From NCBI RefSeq assembly GCF_964194155.1, contig NW_027596135.1, forward strand, positions 496,001 through 560,000: DNA of 64,000 nucleotides. The letters run 5' to 3'. A program made the position numbers and the translations under genes. Below the pieces are notes generated by a model, which searched no databases, was not told the DNA's origin, and was given only the letters and a program-made list of their open reading frames with translations. Source of the stretch: Cetorhinus maximus. Its lineage: Eukaryota. Shown here one piece after another: positions 24,201 to 35,600 of the stretch; the stretch's first letter is position 1; each line of letters begins with the position of its first letter.

Positions 24201-27200
24201 AGATCAGCCACGATTGGATTGAATGGTGATGCAGGCTCAAGGGGCTGAATGGCCTCCCCTGTTCCTTGACTCGTGTCTCGAGCCTAGTGCCTCACCGTCT
24301 TGGAGCTCCCGGGATGTTCCAATAAGTAAGGAAGGAGGATTGAGAACTGAGCATGAAGCAGGCGATGGGGCGGATCGCCCTGGATGGGATATCTCAAACT
24401 GAGACAAATACGGGCCGAAGGACCTGTTTCTGTGCTGTATAACTCTATGAGGGGGAACATGAGGTAATCGAGAAAGGAATCATAGAATGAAAGACTGGTC
24501 ACCTGACAGTACAGCATTTGAGGATTGCTGAGAAAAGAGACATGCTGTCAAAGCTTTTTCTCTTGGACTCACCAGGACAGAAGCAAGAATGCCAAATTTC
24601 TGTGGGAGCAACAATTTACACTGCATGAGAATAGGGTGCTGATTGGCTGGAAAGTCAACTCTTATTGGTCAAGGTGTTGCCATGGAGAATGCACCAGGGA
24701 GCTTTTGTCCCTCACACTTTTATTTAATTCGAAAAAGGTGCCATGGCTGGACATGTTCCTTCTGTCTGCAGAGGGCAGGTCCCTGTGTATGAATATTTGT
24801 AGCTTCTAGCATGTGTAAGTGCGAACCCCACTGATAATTTAAAAATGGTCATTGGTGTAATTCTTAGTGTCATTCTTTGTTCTCTCTCCCCTTTGAAATT
24901 TGGCATTCTTCCATCTATCCTGATGATTGTGAGACAAAAAGTTTCAACATCATGTCTCTCACCAATGCTCATCTTCTGTACCACCAAGTGACTATTCGAA
25001 TTACCGTTTTGTTTCTCCGGGATGCGGTTAGCCATTTCGCTGAGAACTATTTCATTCATTGTCAGATAGCTCTGGTATTTCTGGATGAGATTGTTTGACT
25101 CAGCGTGGAACGCGTTCAGCGCCTCGATAAGGAACACAAAGTTGTTGTCGGTTCTGTTATAGTAGGCGAAGGTCATGTCATCGGTGGTTGAGGTGACGAA
25201 GGAGGTCCAGCCGTCAGAGACACTGAAAACCATAACCCGCACTCTTTGCTCTGCTAGAAGTGAAAAATAATTGGGATCAGCTTCAGGGGATGGTAACTTA
25301 CTGTGGATGTGACTGGGCTCATAATCCAGAGCCATGGTTTTATGGTTCCCCCCACTTGCGAACCTGGTGGCACTGCTGGTGATATGCAGCACGTGGCCTG
25401 TCTGCCACGTACCCACCCACTCCGAGCTGTCTCTTATCTTATGGAGGGGTGGGGGCAGTGGAGGTGTGGGGCCCCCTGGACCTGTTGAGGCTCTTTACCT
25501 GGCCACTCCATGGGCATCATCCAAGACAAAGCAGCCCTGCTTGTTCGACACCCCATCCACCACCTTCAACATTCACTCCCTCCAACACACAGTGGCAGCA
25601 GTTTGTGTACCATTGACAAGATGAACTGCAGCAACTCACCAAGGCTCCTTTGACAGTATTGCCCAAACACGCGACCACTACCACTTAGAAGGACAAGGGC
25701 AGCAGACACATGGGAACAACACCGCCTGTGAGCTCCCTTCTGAGCCACTCACCATCCTGACTTGGAAATACATCAGCCGTTCCTTCACTGTCGCTGGGTC
25801 AAAATCCTGGAACTCCCTCCCTAGCAATGCTGTGGGTGTACCTACAGCACAGGGATTGCAGCAGTTCAAGAAGGCGGCTTACCACCACCTTCTCAAGGTC
25901 AATAGGGGGTGGGCAATAGTTGCTGGTCTAGCCAGCGATGCCCACATCCCATGAAAGAATAAAAAAACACCGGCCTTCATAACCTCCTCTTCAAGGACTG
26001 GCTGTAGCCTTAGCAGTGAGCACCGCTCAAACGTGGCGCTGCCGGGACTATAGTTCTGTCAGCCAATCAGGTTGGCTAGCAGCTCTCTTACGATGGCTCT
26101 CCCTCCCCAGGTTTGGGGTGGGGGGGGGCAATGGCCCCAACCTTAGACAATGAAAGCCTCATGGAGTGTTTAACGGCTGCCAGGACCAGCGAGGTAGTGT
26201 CCCCGTTGACTCTGTGGGTGATGGTGCGAGACCCATTCAAAAAATCCTGCCCATGAATTCAAATCCCACCATCGCAACTGGGGAAATGTAAATTAAATTC
26301 ATTAATAAACTCAGAATTTAAAAAGCTGATATAATCATGAGATTACCAGATTGGTATAAAAACCCCATCTGGTTCACTAATGTCCCTTCAGGGAAGGAAA
26401 TCTGCCGTCCTTACCTGGTCTGGCCTACATGTGATTCCAGGCCCACAGCAATGTGGTTGACTCTTAACTGGCCCCTCTGAAGTGGCCCTAGTGAGACACT
26501 CAGTTCAAGAAGCAATTTGGGGTGGGCAGCAAATGCTGGCTTCACCAGAAACACTTACATCCCAAGAAGGAATAGAAAATAAACACACAAGCATAAGTAA
26601 GGGACTCTGAAAACACCAGGAATGGTCCAGAGCCAAGGCAGCGACGGTGACGAGGGAAACAGGGTTAACATTCAAGCTCAAAGACCTTACATTGGAGCTG
26701 GGGAAAGAGAGGTGACAGGTTTCAAACAAATATGGAGGGGTGGGGAGGGATAGGAAGAACAAAAGTGAAGGTCTGGGATAGGGTAGAGGGGGCGGGAGAG
26801 ATTAAATGACAAATGGGATGAGGGCGCAAGGGCAAAAAAGATGGTAATGAGACGAAATAGAAACGGATGATAGGTCTAGAGGAGGTGTAAACGGGAAACA
26901 TAGAATCATCACCAACAGCTGCTGCCCAAGGAATGGGAATAGAGATTATGATTTAAAATTGTTGAACTCAATGTTGAGTCCAGAAGGCTGTAAAGCAACT
27001 AATCAAAAGATGAGGTGTTACTCCTTGAGCTTCATTGGAATGGCGCCGCAGGCCGAGGGCAGGGAGGTCAGAGTCAGAACGGCGCTGCAAACCGAGGGCA
27101 GGGAGGCCAGAGTCAGAACGGTGCCGCAGACCGAGGACAGGGAGGTCAGAGTCAGAACGATGCTGCAGACCGAGGGCAGGGAGGTCAGATTCAGAACCGT

Positions 27201-30200
27201 GCCGCAGACCAAGCTCAGGGAGGTCAGAGTCAGAACAGCGCCACAGACCAAGGGCAGGGAGGTCAGAGTCAGAGTGAGGTGGAAAATTAAAGAGACAGGC
27301 GACCAGAATCTCAGGGTGACGCTCGTGGACTGAACATAAGGGTGGAGATTGGAAGCAAAGTTGATTGAAATGTTCTGGTTCAGGGCCCGCATAGGAAGCG
27401 GCTGTCATCAATGTACTGGAAGAAGAAGTGATGGGGCGGTGGCTGAGTGCGACTGGAACAGAAAAAAAAGGGAAGGGGATTGGCTGGTTTCCCTGCTGCT
27501 GTGAATGCTAGGTAAAGGACACCCCCATTATCCTGAAAATAATGCAGAATAAAGGAAGACAGCTGGTGCAGGTCCGTTGGGTTACCATCATTTACAAGGA
27601 ATGTTGCACCAAGGAATTCAATTGTGATGATTTATTTGCACACTGGCAAGCCCAAGCAGAGTGAAATATGTGCTTTGGATATTAAGCGAAATATTGTGTT
27701 CCCTCAGCTATTGTAGTTAATAAAGTAAATAGCATAGGTGCAATCGGTCATATTCAGACATTCATGCTTTAGCTTATGAATCAAAGATGGTTTGGAATAT
27801 CTTATGATAAAATATAACGATTCCACTTTGAAAATCATGAGGGGCCTGGGACAGAGTAGATAGGGAGAAACTTGGTGGAAGGATCGAGAACCAGAGGAGA
27901 CAGATTTAAGGCGATTGGCAAAAGAAAGTTTGGTTGTGTGGGCGGAGAAGTGGCAAATGGAATTTAATCCAGAGAAGTGTGAGGTAATGCATTTGTGGAG
28001 GGCAAAAGAAAAAGGGACTACTCAATAAATGGGAGCTATTGAAAGGGGTTGAGGAAGTGAGAGGCCTTGGAGTGCATGTCTGCAGGTCCCTGAAGGTAGC
28101 AGGACAGGTGGACAAGGTGATCAAGAAAGCATATGGAATGCTTTCCTTTATTGGATGAAGTATTGAATACAAAAGCAGGAATGAAATGATGGAACTGTAT
28201 AAAATGCTGGTTAGGCCACAGCTGGAATTTTGTGTACAAGAAGGACATAATTGCTTTGGAGAGAGCACAGAGGAAATTTACAAGAATGTTGCCAGAGCTG
28301 GAAAATTGCAGCTATGGGGAAAGATTGGATAGGCTGGGGTTGTTTTCCTTAGAACAGAGGAGGCTGAGGGGTGACCTAATTGAGGTGTACAAAATTATGA
28401 GAAGCCTAGACAGGACAGACAGGAAAGACCCGTTTCCCCCTAGCTGAGGGGTCAATTACCAGGGGCACAGATTTCAGGTGATTGGTAGAAGGATTAGAGA
28501 GGACATGGGGAAAAACTTCTTCACCCAGAGGGTGGTGGGCATCTGGAATTCACTGCCTGAAATTAGTGGTTGAGGCTGAAACACTCAACACATTTAGAAG
28601 GTACCTGGATCTGCACCTGAGGTGCTGTAACCTGCAAGGTTATGGACCAGGCACTGGAAAGTGGGATTAAAAAAGAGGTTAACTTCTTTTCTCTTTATGG
28701 CCGGTGCAGACACGATGGGCTGAATGGCCTCTTTCTGCACTGTAACTTTTCTATGGTTCTAAGCAATGGAGTCATGAGGAGAAACTTTTTCACGCAGTGA
28801 GTGGTTAGGATCTGGAATGTACTGCCTGAGAGTGTGATGGAGGCAGGATCAATCGATGCTTTCAAAAGGGGAATTGGATCGTTATCTGAAAAGGAAGAAT
28901 GTACAGGGTTACGGGGAAAAGGTTGGGAGTGGGACTGGGTGAGATGCTCTTGCAGAGGGCACGATGGGCTGAATGCCTCCTTCTGTGCCACAGCCATTCT
29001 CTGACTGTTCCATCTGATTCCTACCCTTGACTAGAATTCCTCTCTTTCTCTCTCTCTCTCCCTCTTTCTCTCTGTTTTCAAATAATCATTTGCAAGAATG
29101 GTTAAGATGCATGCAGCATGACATCTGGTGTGTGATATTTGGAGAGTGACGGCCACTATCACCTAAAAACGGACTAAGTGTCAGTTATGATCCCAGCTGA
29201 TGTTACTACTGGACAATTCAGATCCCAAGTTGGAACTCAGCTGGATAGAACCTAATTTTTATTTTTTGTTTAGAAACGTGGAGGGCAGCAACTGAACAGT
29301 CACAGGAGTCAGCTGATGAATTTTTTAACAAAACAATAAAACATTTATTAAACAAGAAAAGATGAACTATATTACAATACTCCCTCACCCACAACTACAC
29401 CTTCATAGATATATATAGGTTCATAAGGGTAACACAAGTTAAAAAGCTATCCTATACTCTAAGCTTCACTGTAAGTACATAGTCCATGTAAACCAATAAT
29501 CGACCTGTGGTCAGACACACCACACTCTGTAACCAAGTGACAGATGCCACCCCAAATAGATACAAAGGATCTCTCATCAGCTCCCCCCCAGACACTTGCC
29601 ACACCGTGAGCCAACTGGGCTCACTGAACTCCATCTTTTATACGAAGGTTTCCAACCTCCACTTCTGAAGAATTTGCTTTGGAATCTTCTCCCAAACGAT
29701 GCTTTCTCTCTGACGCCTTCCACATGGGTCCACCTCCAGGCTTTTGATCTCTCCTTCTGATGTTCCTCTCCTCTGGATCACCAGGTGCATTCAAACTTTG
29801 CCTTCCACGCACTCTCTCTCCAATACTCAGCTGTGCCAATGGAACACCACTGCTTCACATGCCCATAGTAAAGAGTTATAGACCCTCGGCTGTTTCCTTG
29901 GATCTTTCGGCTTCCAACAAGCCTATTTTGCTTTAAGTCTGCTCTCTGCAGCTTTCTCTCTTTAATTTGGAGCATTGTCCCCTACTCCTTACTTTAACTT
30001 CACCAAACAGGACCTTGTTCAAATTCTTGTTCTTCTCCCTTGACTTCACTGTCCTCCTGGGACTTTTCTCCTGTCCCACTCCCTGGTTTGGGAACTTCTC
30101 ATTCTTTGGAACCTACTTCCTGCAGTTCCCTCTCTTGTGTCCAGCTTCTCCGGGCACCTGCTTCCAAGTGAACTAAAACTGCTATTCTGTCTTTGTGGAC

Positions 30201-30979
30201 CCCCCTGTTGCTAGGCAACAGCATAATTTTTTCCTACTTCAAGAGTCACAAAATCTCAGTAGAATGCAGGTATACAAACAAAGCCCTCAAAGTTGCAGGC
30301 ATCAATTTAAAGTGAAATTAAAACTCAGGTTCCTTTAAAAAACAAATACAGAAATAGAAATTAAACTTAAACTTAAAGCTATAGCTTATTCCTAACACCT
30401 ACAAATACAAATTAAGCTATCTCCAGTTCCCAAGACCTACGCTGGTGTTTCTCCCACCTGAGCTGAGAATTCACAAGGACCTGTCAGTCTCCACTCAACA
30501 CAGCCATTAACCCCAGGATGTGCCAGTTGAGATGGCTTTACCCTGTATCTAACCCTGTGCTGTACCTGTCCTGGGAGTGTTTGATGGGGACAGTGTAGAG
30601 GGAGCTTTACTCTGTATCTAACCCCGTGCTGTACCTGTCCTGGGAGTGTTTGATGGGGACGGTGTAGAGGGAGCTTTACTCTGTATCTAACCCCGTGCTG
30701 TACCTGTCCTGGGAGTGTTTGATGGGGTCGGTGTAGAGGGAGCTTTACTCTGTATCTAACTTCATGCTGTATGTGCCCTGGGAATGTTCAATGTTACAGA
30801 AGTGTGTAAATATTTCACATTCTTCCTCTGACATCGCCCCAACCTAACATTGGTTTAAAAAGAGTTAAAGAATCGATTAAAATCATCACCTTACCACATT
30901 CTATCGCGGAGCCCAGCAGCCATGCTAAGAGCAATGCGCAGAGAAAACCAGCTTTATTGTTTTGTCTTGGACAGTCCAT
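21105..30979 (-). CDS. WA: MHC W-category (class II-like) alpha chain gene 1
   Basis: Leader 30895-30979, alpha1 25005-25250, alpha2 Ig-C1 23275-23553, CP/TM 21105-21229, joined by phase-1 GT-AG introns. b2m-like alpha2; class II alpha-type TM (ICAVGFVIGALGMMTG). Final cytoplasmic exon not resolved. Confidence 0.85.
21260..22812. repeat. TG-rich compound micro/minisatellite (TGTGACTGTGTT)n-like
   Basis: Directly visible low-complexity repeat in a WA-1 intron. Confidence 0.95.
23133..23280. repeat. 23-bp tandem repeat (CCCAGTGTTAATGATCAGTGTAC) overlapping the alpha2 splice donor
   Basis: About 6 copies. Confidence 0.9.
23275..23553 (-). CDS. WA: WA-1 alpha2 Ig C1 exon
   Basis: DNPTVLLYPGEP..NTLNCFVSHLFPP..FLKND..SSQFTFDNSWMFQILKY..DKYSCVV..AYW; 279 nt, phase 1-1. 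Confidence 0.92.
24525..24965. mobile_element. Penelope-like element remnant (two inverted pieces)
   Basis: 24525-24875 resembles 43390-43720; 24880-24965 resembles 50700-50790 and is inverted relative to the first piece. Confidence 0.6.
25005..25250 (-). CDS. WA: WA-1 alpha1 exon
   Basis: EQRVRVMVFSVSDGWTSFVTSTTDDMTFAYYNRTDNNFVF...SEMANRIPEKQN; acceptor tttcacttctagcag (NAGNAG, alternative start 25253), donor G|gtaatt. Confidence 0.82.
25520..25968 (+). mobile_element. HER1-like LINE 3' end
   Basis: Shared tail ...gccagcgatgcccacatcccatgaaagaataaaaaa. Confidence 0.75.
26255..26585 (+). mobile_element. HE1-like SINE (5'-truncated)
   Basis: Body aaaccccatctggttcactaatgtcccttcagggaaggaaatctgccgtccttacc shared with 51180-51590 and 52010-52390. 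Confidence 0.75.
27040..27277. repeat. 39-bp tandem repeat
   Basis: About 6 copies of GGCAGGGAGGTCAGAGTCAGAACGGTGCCGCAGACCGAG. Confidence 0.9.
27820..29000 (+). mobile_element. CR1-type LINE 3' fragments
   Basis: KWQMEFN..KC, LERAQRKFTRMLP, LGLFSLEQRRLRGDLIEVYKI. Confidence 0.85.
29185..30435. mobile_element. Probable LTR-type interspersed repeat in WA-1 intron 1
   Basis: ~1.25 kb non-coding block of distinct composition; termini not clearly TG..CA. Confidence 0.3.
30535..30790. repeat. 69-bp satellite, reverse orientation
   Basis: 3-4 copies. Confidence 0.9.
30895..30979 (-). CDS. WA: WA-1 leader exon (MDCPRQNNKAGFLCALLLAWLLGSAIEC)
   Basis: Signal-peptide-like hydrophobic core; donor G|gtaagg phase 1. 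Confidence 0.8.
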
Positions 30980-32632
30980 GTGTTCCAGCAACTTATCTCC
31001 CTCTACCTCTCTGTCTCTCTCTCAACAAATCATTCCTTCCTCAGATGCAACTACTACTGGCAAAAGCCACAAAACAGCTCAGTGACGTTAAGAGTGTGCA
31101 AGGGGACGCCTTCTGCTGCTCCTGCATTTACTCAGGAGGTTCCCAGCATCTCTGTTTATGGCTGGGTAAATAAATTGTCAGAGAGCAAGCCCGTGTGTCA
31201 GCTCAGCTGCCTGTGCTGACCTCTGCAAAATCGTTCCCGTTCTTCTCAAAACAGGAAGTTAACCGCAAAGCAGCTCACAGTTCTGATGAAGTTGGGTAAT
31301 ATTTTATTTTTAATTTTAACTCCCCCCTCCCACCGTCTCAGGCAGGGGACTTCTCACTCACACCTCTTTTATTTCAGATCCACTTCCTTACAGGAATCGC
31401 AGTGCGTTTGTGACGGATCAGATGACTCCGTTTATGCCATGGATGAGAAAGATGCGAGGCGGGAGGGGGGTTAGGGCTGAGTGTCAGGATTTGAAACGTT
31501 GGTTTAAGCGGGGGGGTGGGAGAGTCAGGAGCCTTCCTCAAGTGACACTTTCACCTTATCCCCTTGCCGCCCCCCCCCCACTCCCACCTCAGGACGTCCC
31601 AACTCATTTCACAGCCCATGGACGATTTCTGGACTGCAGTCACCGCCTCAGCCTGTTTGTGCACAGCAAGATCCCACAGGCAGCTGCGCGAGGCCAAGAG
31701 ACAGATCCCTCCCCCCAGTCGTAATAGGCTCGAGAGGGGCTGGATGGCCTCCTCCTGTTCCTGTGCAACAGGCCCGAGAGAGAGGGCTGAATGGCCTCCT
31801 CCTATTCCTGTGCAACAGGCTCGAGGGGAGCTGAATGCCCTGCTTCTGTTCCTGAATAACAGGCTTAAGAGGGGCTGAATGGCCTTCTCCTGTTCCTGTG
31901 CAACAGGCTTGAGGGGAGATGAATGCCCTGCTTCTGTTCCTGAGTAACAGGCTTGAGAGGGGCTGAATGGCCTCCTCCTGTTCCTGTGCAATAGGCTCAA
32001 GAGGGGCTGAATAGCCTCTTCCTGTTCCTGTGTATCACGCTCGTGAGGGGCTGAATGTCCTCCTCCTGTTCCTTTTTAACTCCATCTGGACCACTTCACC
32101 ACAGGCAGTTCCTGTACCTTACAGGAACAAGACAGGTTAACATGGCTAAACCCCACAATCACAACTCTGATCCGAGCTGATGCACCCTGCAGAGGTCAGG
32201 TAGACTGCCCAAAAAAACCCCTCAGATGTGCAGGATTAGATATGGGGAACTTGGCAACTATTCTTGGAATTGCACAGCATCGTATCATGCTGCCGGAGAG
32301 AATTACATAAGCGTCATTACATAAGAGGTGTGATTAATCTCAAATGAGCCTAGCCAGGAACTCTTTGCGCCCTGAGAAGGCTGTAAACACAAATCAAATC
32401 GACTGTCACTGAAACTAAGGTGATGACATTCCTCAAATAATTAACAGTGCTGAGATTCATCCAATACCGGCAGGCCTGTACTTTCAGTGCCAGAAGCAGT
32501 GATCCTGAACTCAAAGGCTGTTTTCTTAAGGACTCTTGAGAAGCCTTTGGATCTGGTGGAGGATTTGTCCGCGTGATACCTCTGTGATTTATGCACTTTG
32601 GCGTTCCCCAGTTGGAGTGGGTGCTCGAACAC
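30980..32632. promoter_or_regulatory. Divergent promoter region between WA-1 and WB-1
   Basis: Opposed ATGs at 30979 and 32633; ETS-like CAGGAAGT near 31252, CCAAT at 32461; function inferred. Confidence 0.5.
31725..32075. repeat. Tandem ~37-40 bp repeat derived from the LINE 3' tail (GGCTCGAGGGGCTGAATGGCCTCCTCCTGTTCCTG...)
   Basis: About 9 copies; similar array at 39735-39910. Confidence 0.85.
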
Positions 32633-32693
32633 ATGGCAATCAGTGCAGCAGCTCTCTACTTCTGGTGCTGTGTGAGTCTCATTTCAGCGCTGG
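32633..32693 (+). CDS. WB: WB-1 leader exon (MAISAAALYFWCCVSLISAL)
   Basis: Signal-peptide-like; donor G|gtaaga; alternative in-frame ATG at 32591. Confidence 0.8.
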
Positions 32694-35600
32694 GTAAGAT
32701 TCAAACTCTTTTGCGTGTATTTGAAATTTGCTCTTCCCCTGTTTGCATTTCTGGCAGAGTGCTTCCCCTTGGGAGGGAGTTCCAGGATTTTGACTCAGTG
32801 ACCGTGAAGGGACGGACGATATGTGTGGGGCTCGGAGGGGAACTTGCAGGCGGTGGAACTCCCTTGCATCTGCTGCCCTTGTCCTTCTAGTAGCAGAGGT
32901 CAAGGGTTTGGGCGGCGCCGTCAAAGGAGCCTTGGCAAGTTGCTGCAGTGCATCTTATAGATGGTACACACACTGCTGCTACTGTGCGTCAGTGAGTGGA
33001 TGTTTAAGGTGGTGGAGGTGTGAGTTTACTAATAAGACAAGCTTTAAAAATGTTTTGCATAGGGGATCTCTGTAAGTACTGACACACCCCCGGAGACCCC
33101 CTGTAAATACTGACACACTCCCCGGGGACCCCCTGTAAATACTGACACACTCCCCGGGGACCCCCTGTAAATACTGACACACCCCCGGAGACCCCCTGTA
33201 AGTACTGACACACTCCCCGGGGACCCCCTGTAAATACTGATACCCTTCCCGGGGACCCCCCTGTAAATACTGACACACTCCCCCGGGGACCCCCCTGTAA
33301 ATACTGACACAATCCCCAGAGACCACCCTATAAACACTGACACACTCCCCAGGGACCCCCCTGAAAATACTGACACACTCCCCTTGGACTCCACTGTAAA
33401 TACTGACACACTCCCCTTGGACCCCACTGTAAATACTGACACACTCCCCTTGGACCCCACTGTAAATACTGACACACTCCCCGGGGACCCCCCCTGTAAA
33501 TACTGACACACTCCCCGGGGAGCCCCCTGTAAATACTGACACACTCTCGGGTACCTCCCTGTAAATACTGACACACTCTCGGGTACCTCCCTGTAAATAC
33601 TGACACACTCTTGGGTAACTCCCTGTAAATACTGACACACCCCCCGTGGATCCCCTGTAAATACTGACACACTCCCCCAGGGACCCCCTGTAAATACTGA
33701 CACACTCCCCTTGGACTCCACTGTAAATACTGACACACTCCCCTTGGACCCCACTGTAAATACTGACACACTCCCCGGGGACCCCCCCTGTAAATACTGA
33801 CACACTCCCCGGGGAGCCCCCTGTAAATACTGACACACTCTCGGGTACCTCCCTGTAAATACTGACACACTCTCGGGTACCTCCCTGTAAATACTGACAC
33901 ACTCTTGGGTAAATCCCTGTAAATACTGACACACCCACCGTGGATCCCCTGTAAATACTGACACACTCCCCCAGGGACCCCCTGTAAATACTGACACACT
34001 CCCCCGGGGACCCCCTGTAAATACTGACACACTCACCCAGGGACCCCCCCTGTAAATACTAACATACTCCCCGGGGAGCCCTTGTAAATACTGACACGCT
34101 CCCCGGGGACCCCCTGTAAATACTGACAGACTCCCCTGGGGACCCCTGTAAATACTGACACACTCCCCCGGGGACCCCTGTTTAACCAAGATCCTAACCG
34201 CTTGTTCAGGTTGATTTAAAAATTCCCGTAGTTCCCTTACGAGAACAGTTAAGTGTCATTTTCTTTGAGGCCAGATCACGATTTGACCCAACGAAGTCCG
34301 GTCAATCGGTCAGTGGCCTGGCTTCTGTATGGGGACTTTACCGAGTGCTTTGATTGCCCCTGCATTAGCCACTGCTCCTCAAATGAACACACTGAAAGTG
34401 AAGCCATATAATCATTATAGCACAGAAAGAGACCTCTCGGTCTATCTACTCCATGCCATCTCTCTGTAAAGCAATCCCATCAGTCCCATTCCACCCGTGC
34501 TCTCCCCTGAGCCCTTGCGAGTTTATTTCCCTCAAGAGAACTGTCCAATTTCCATTCGAAACCATTCATCTCCCCTTCCACCACTCTTGTGGGCAGCAAG
34601 TTTCAGGCTGTTACTGCTTGCTGCACGATAAAGCTCCTCCTCGCATCGCCTCTTCGCCCAGAACCTTCAATCTGTGTCCCTCCCCAATTCCTGTACCGTC
34701 AACTAATGGGAATGGCTTTTCCTTGTCTGTCTTATCCAAACCTATCCTAGCCTCGTACACCTCTATCAAATCTCTCCTTTGCTCCAAGGAGAACAACCCC
34801 AGCTTCTCCAACCTAATCCTGGAGCTACAGATCCCTCATCCCCCTCCGCACCCGCTCACGGACCTTCACATCCTTCCTCGAGTGTGGCAACCAGGATTGG
34901 ATGCACTGCTCTAGTTGTTGTTAATTGTGTAAATTAAGCTTAAGTATATAGAAGCAGAGGGCGTTGGTTGAATGATTACTCGAGCTCGTACAAAGAGGCA
35001 CTTTCTGCCAGTTGCGCTTGAGGCCTTCCATAGCCAGTGGACACCTCATCAGCCCCGGAAATGACATTTTAATTTAAATTGCTAACTTTTCATTAAAGTT
35101 TTGTCTTTTTGTGACAGTGCCCCGTTAACCTGTCTATTAGTTTACTTGTTAATTGGTTTAATTTTTAATGGTTACTTAAAAGAGTGCAAAGTGGCACTTG
35201 GCGATCTTGTGAAGCGGGTGGGTAGCTTCCCCGTGTCCGAGGCAGAAGATCGAGATTCAACAGCCACAGGGGCTGGAGCATGTCATCAGCCCCAGGAGTG
35301 TTAACCTAAATTTTTTGGGGGGGGTTTTCTGTTACAGTGCCCCTTTAAGGGGCTGCTAATTAGTTAATTTGTTTAATTAGTTGTTTATTGTGCTCAAAAG
35401 AGACACTGGGTAGTCGAGTCTGAAGCTGTACATTTATAATGTCTCACTTTGTGAAGAAATCTAAGACTGACTTCTGTTCTACTGGCTGTGGGAAGTTTAA
35501 CAATTGCAAGCCAAGAGCAGTTTTGTAGTGTGGCAGGGTACTTTTTTTTGAGAGGTCAGATTAGGCAGCTTGTAAAATGCAGGTCATTTAATTTCTTTAT

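Noticed and set aside
30207-30219. RFX-like palindrome GTTGCTAGGCAAC as an MHC X box
   Set aside because: Lies in intron 1 inside a probable repeat, without properly spaced X2/Y boxes
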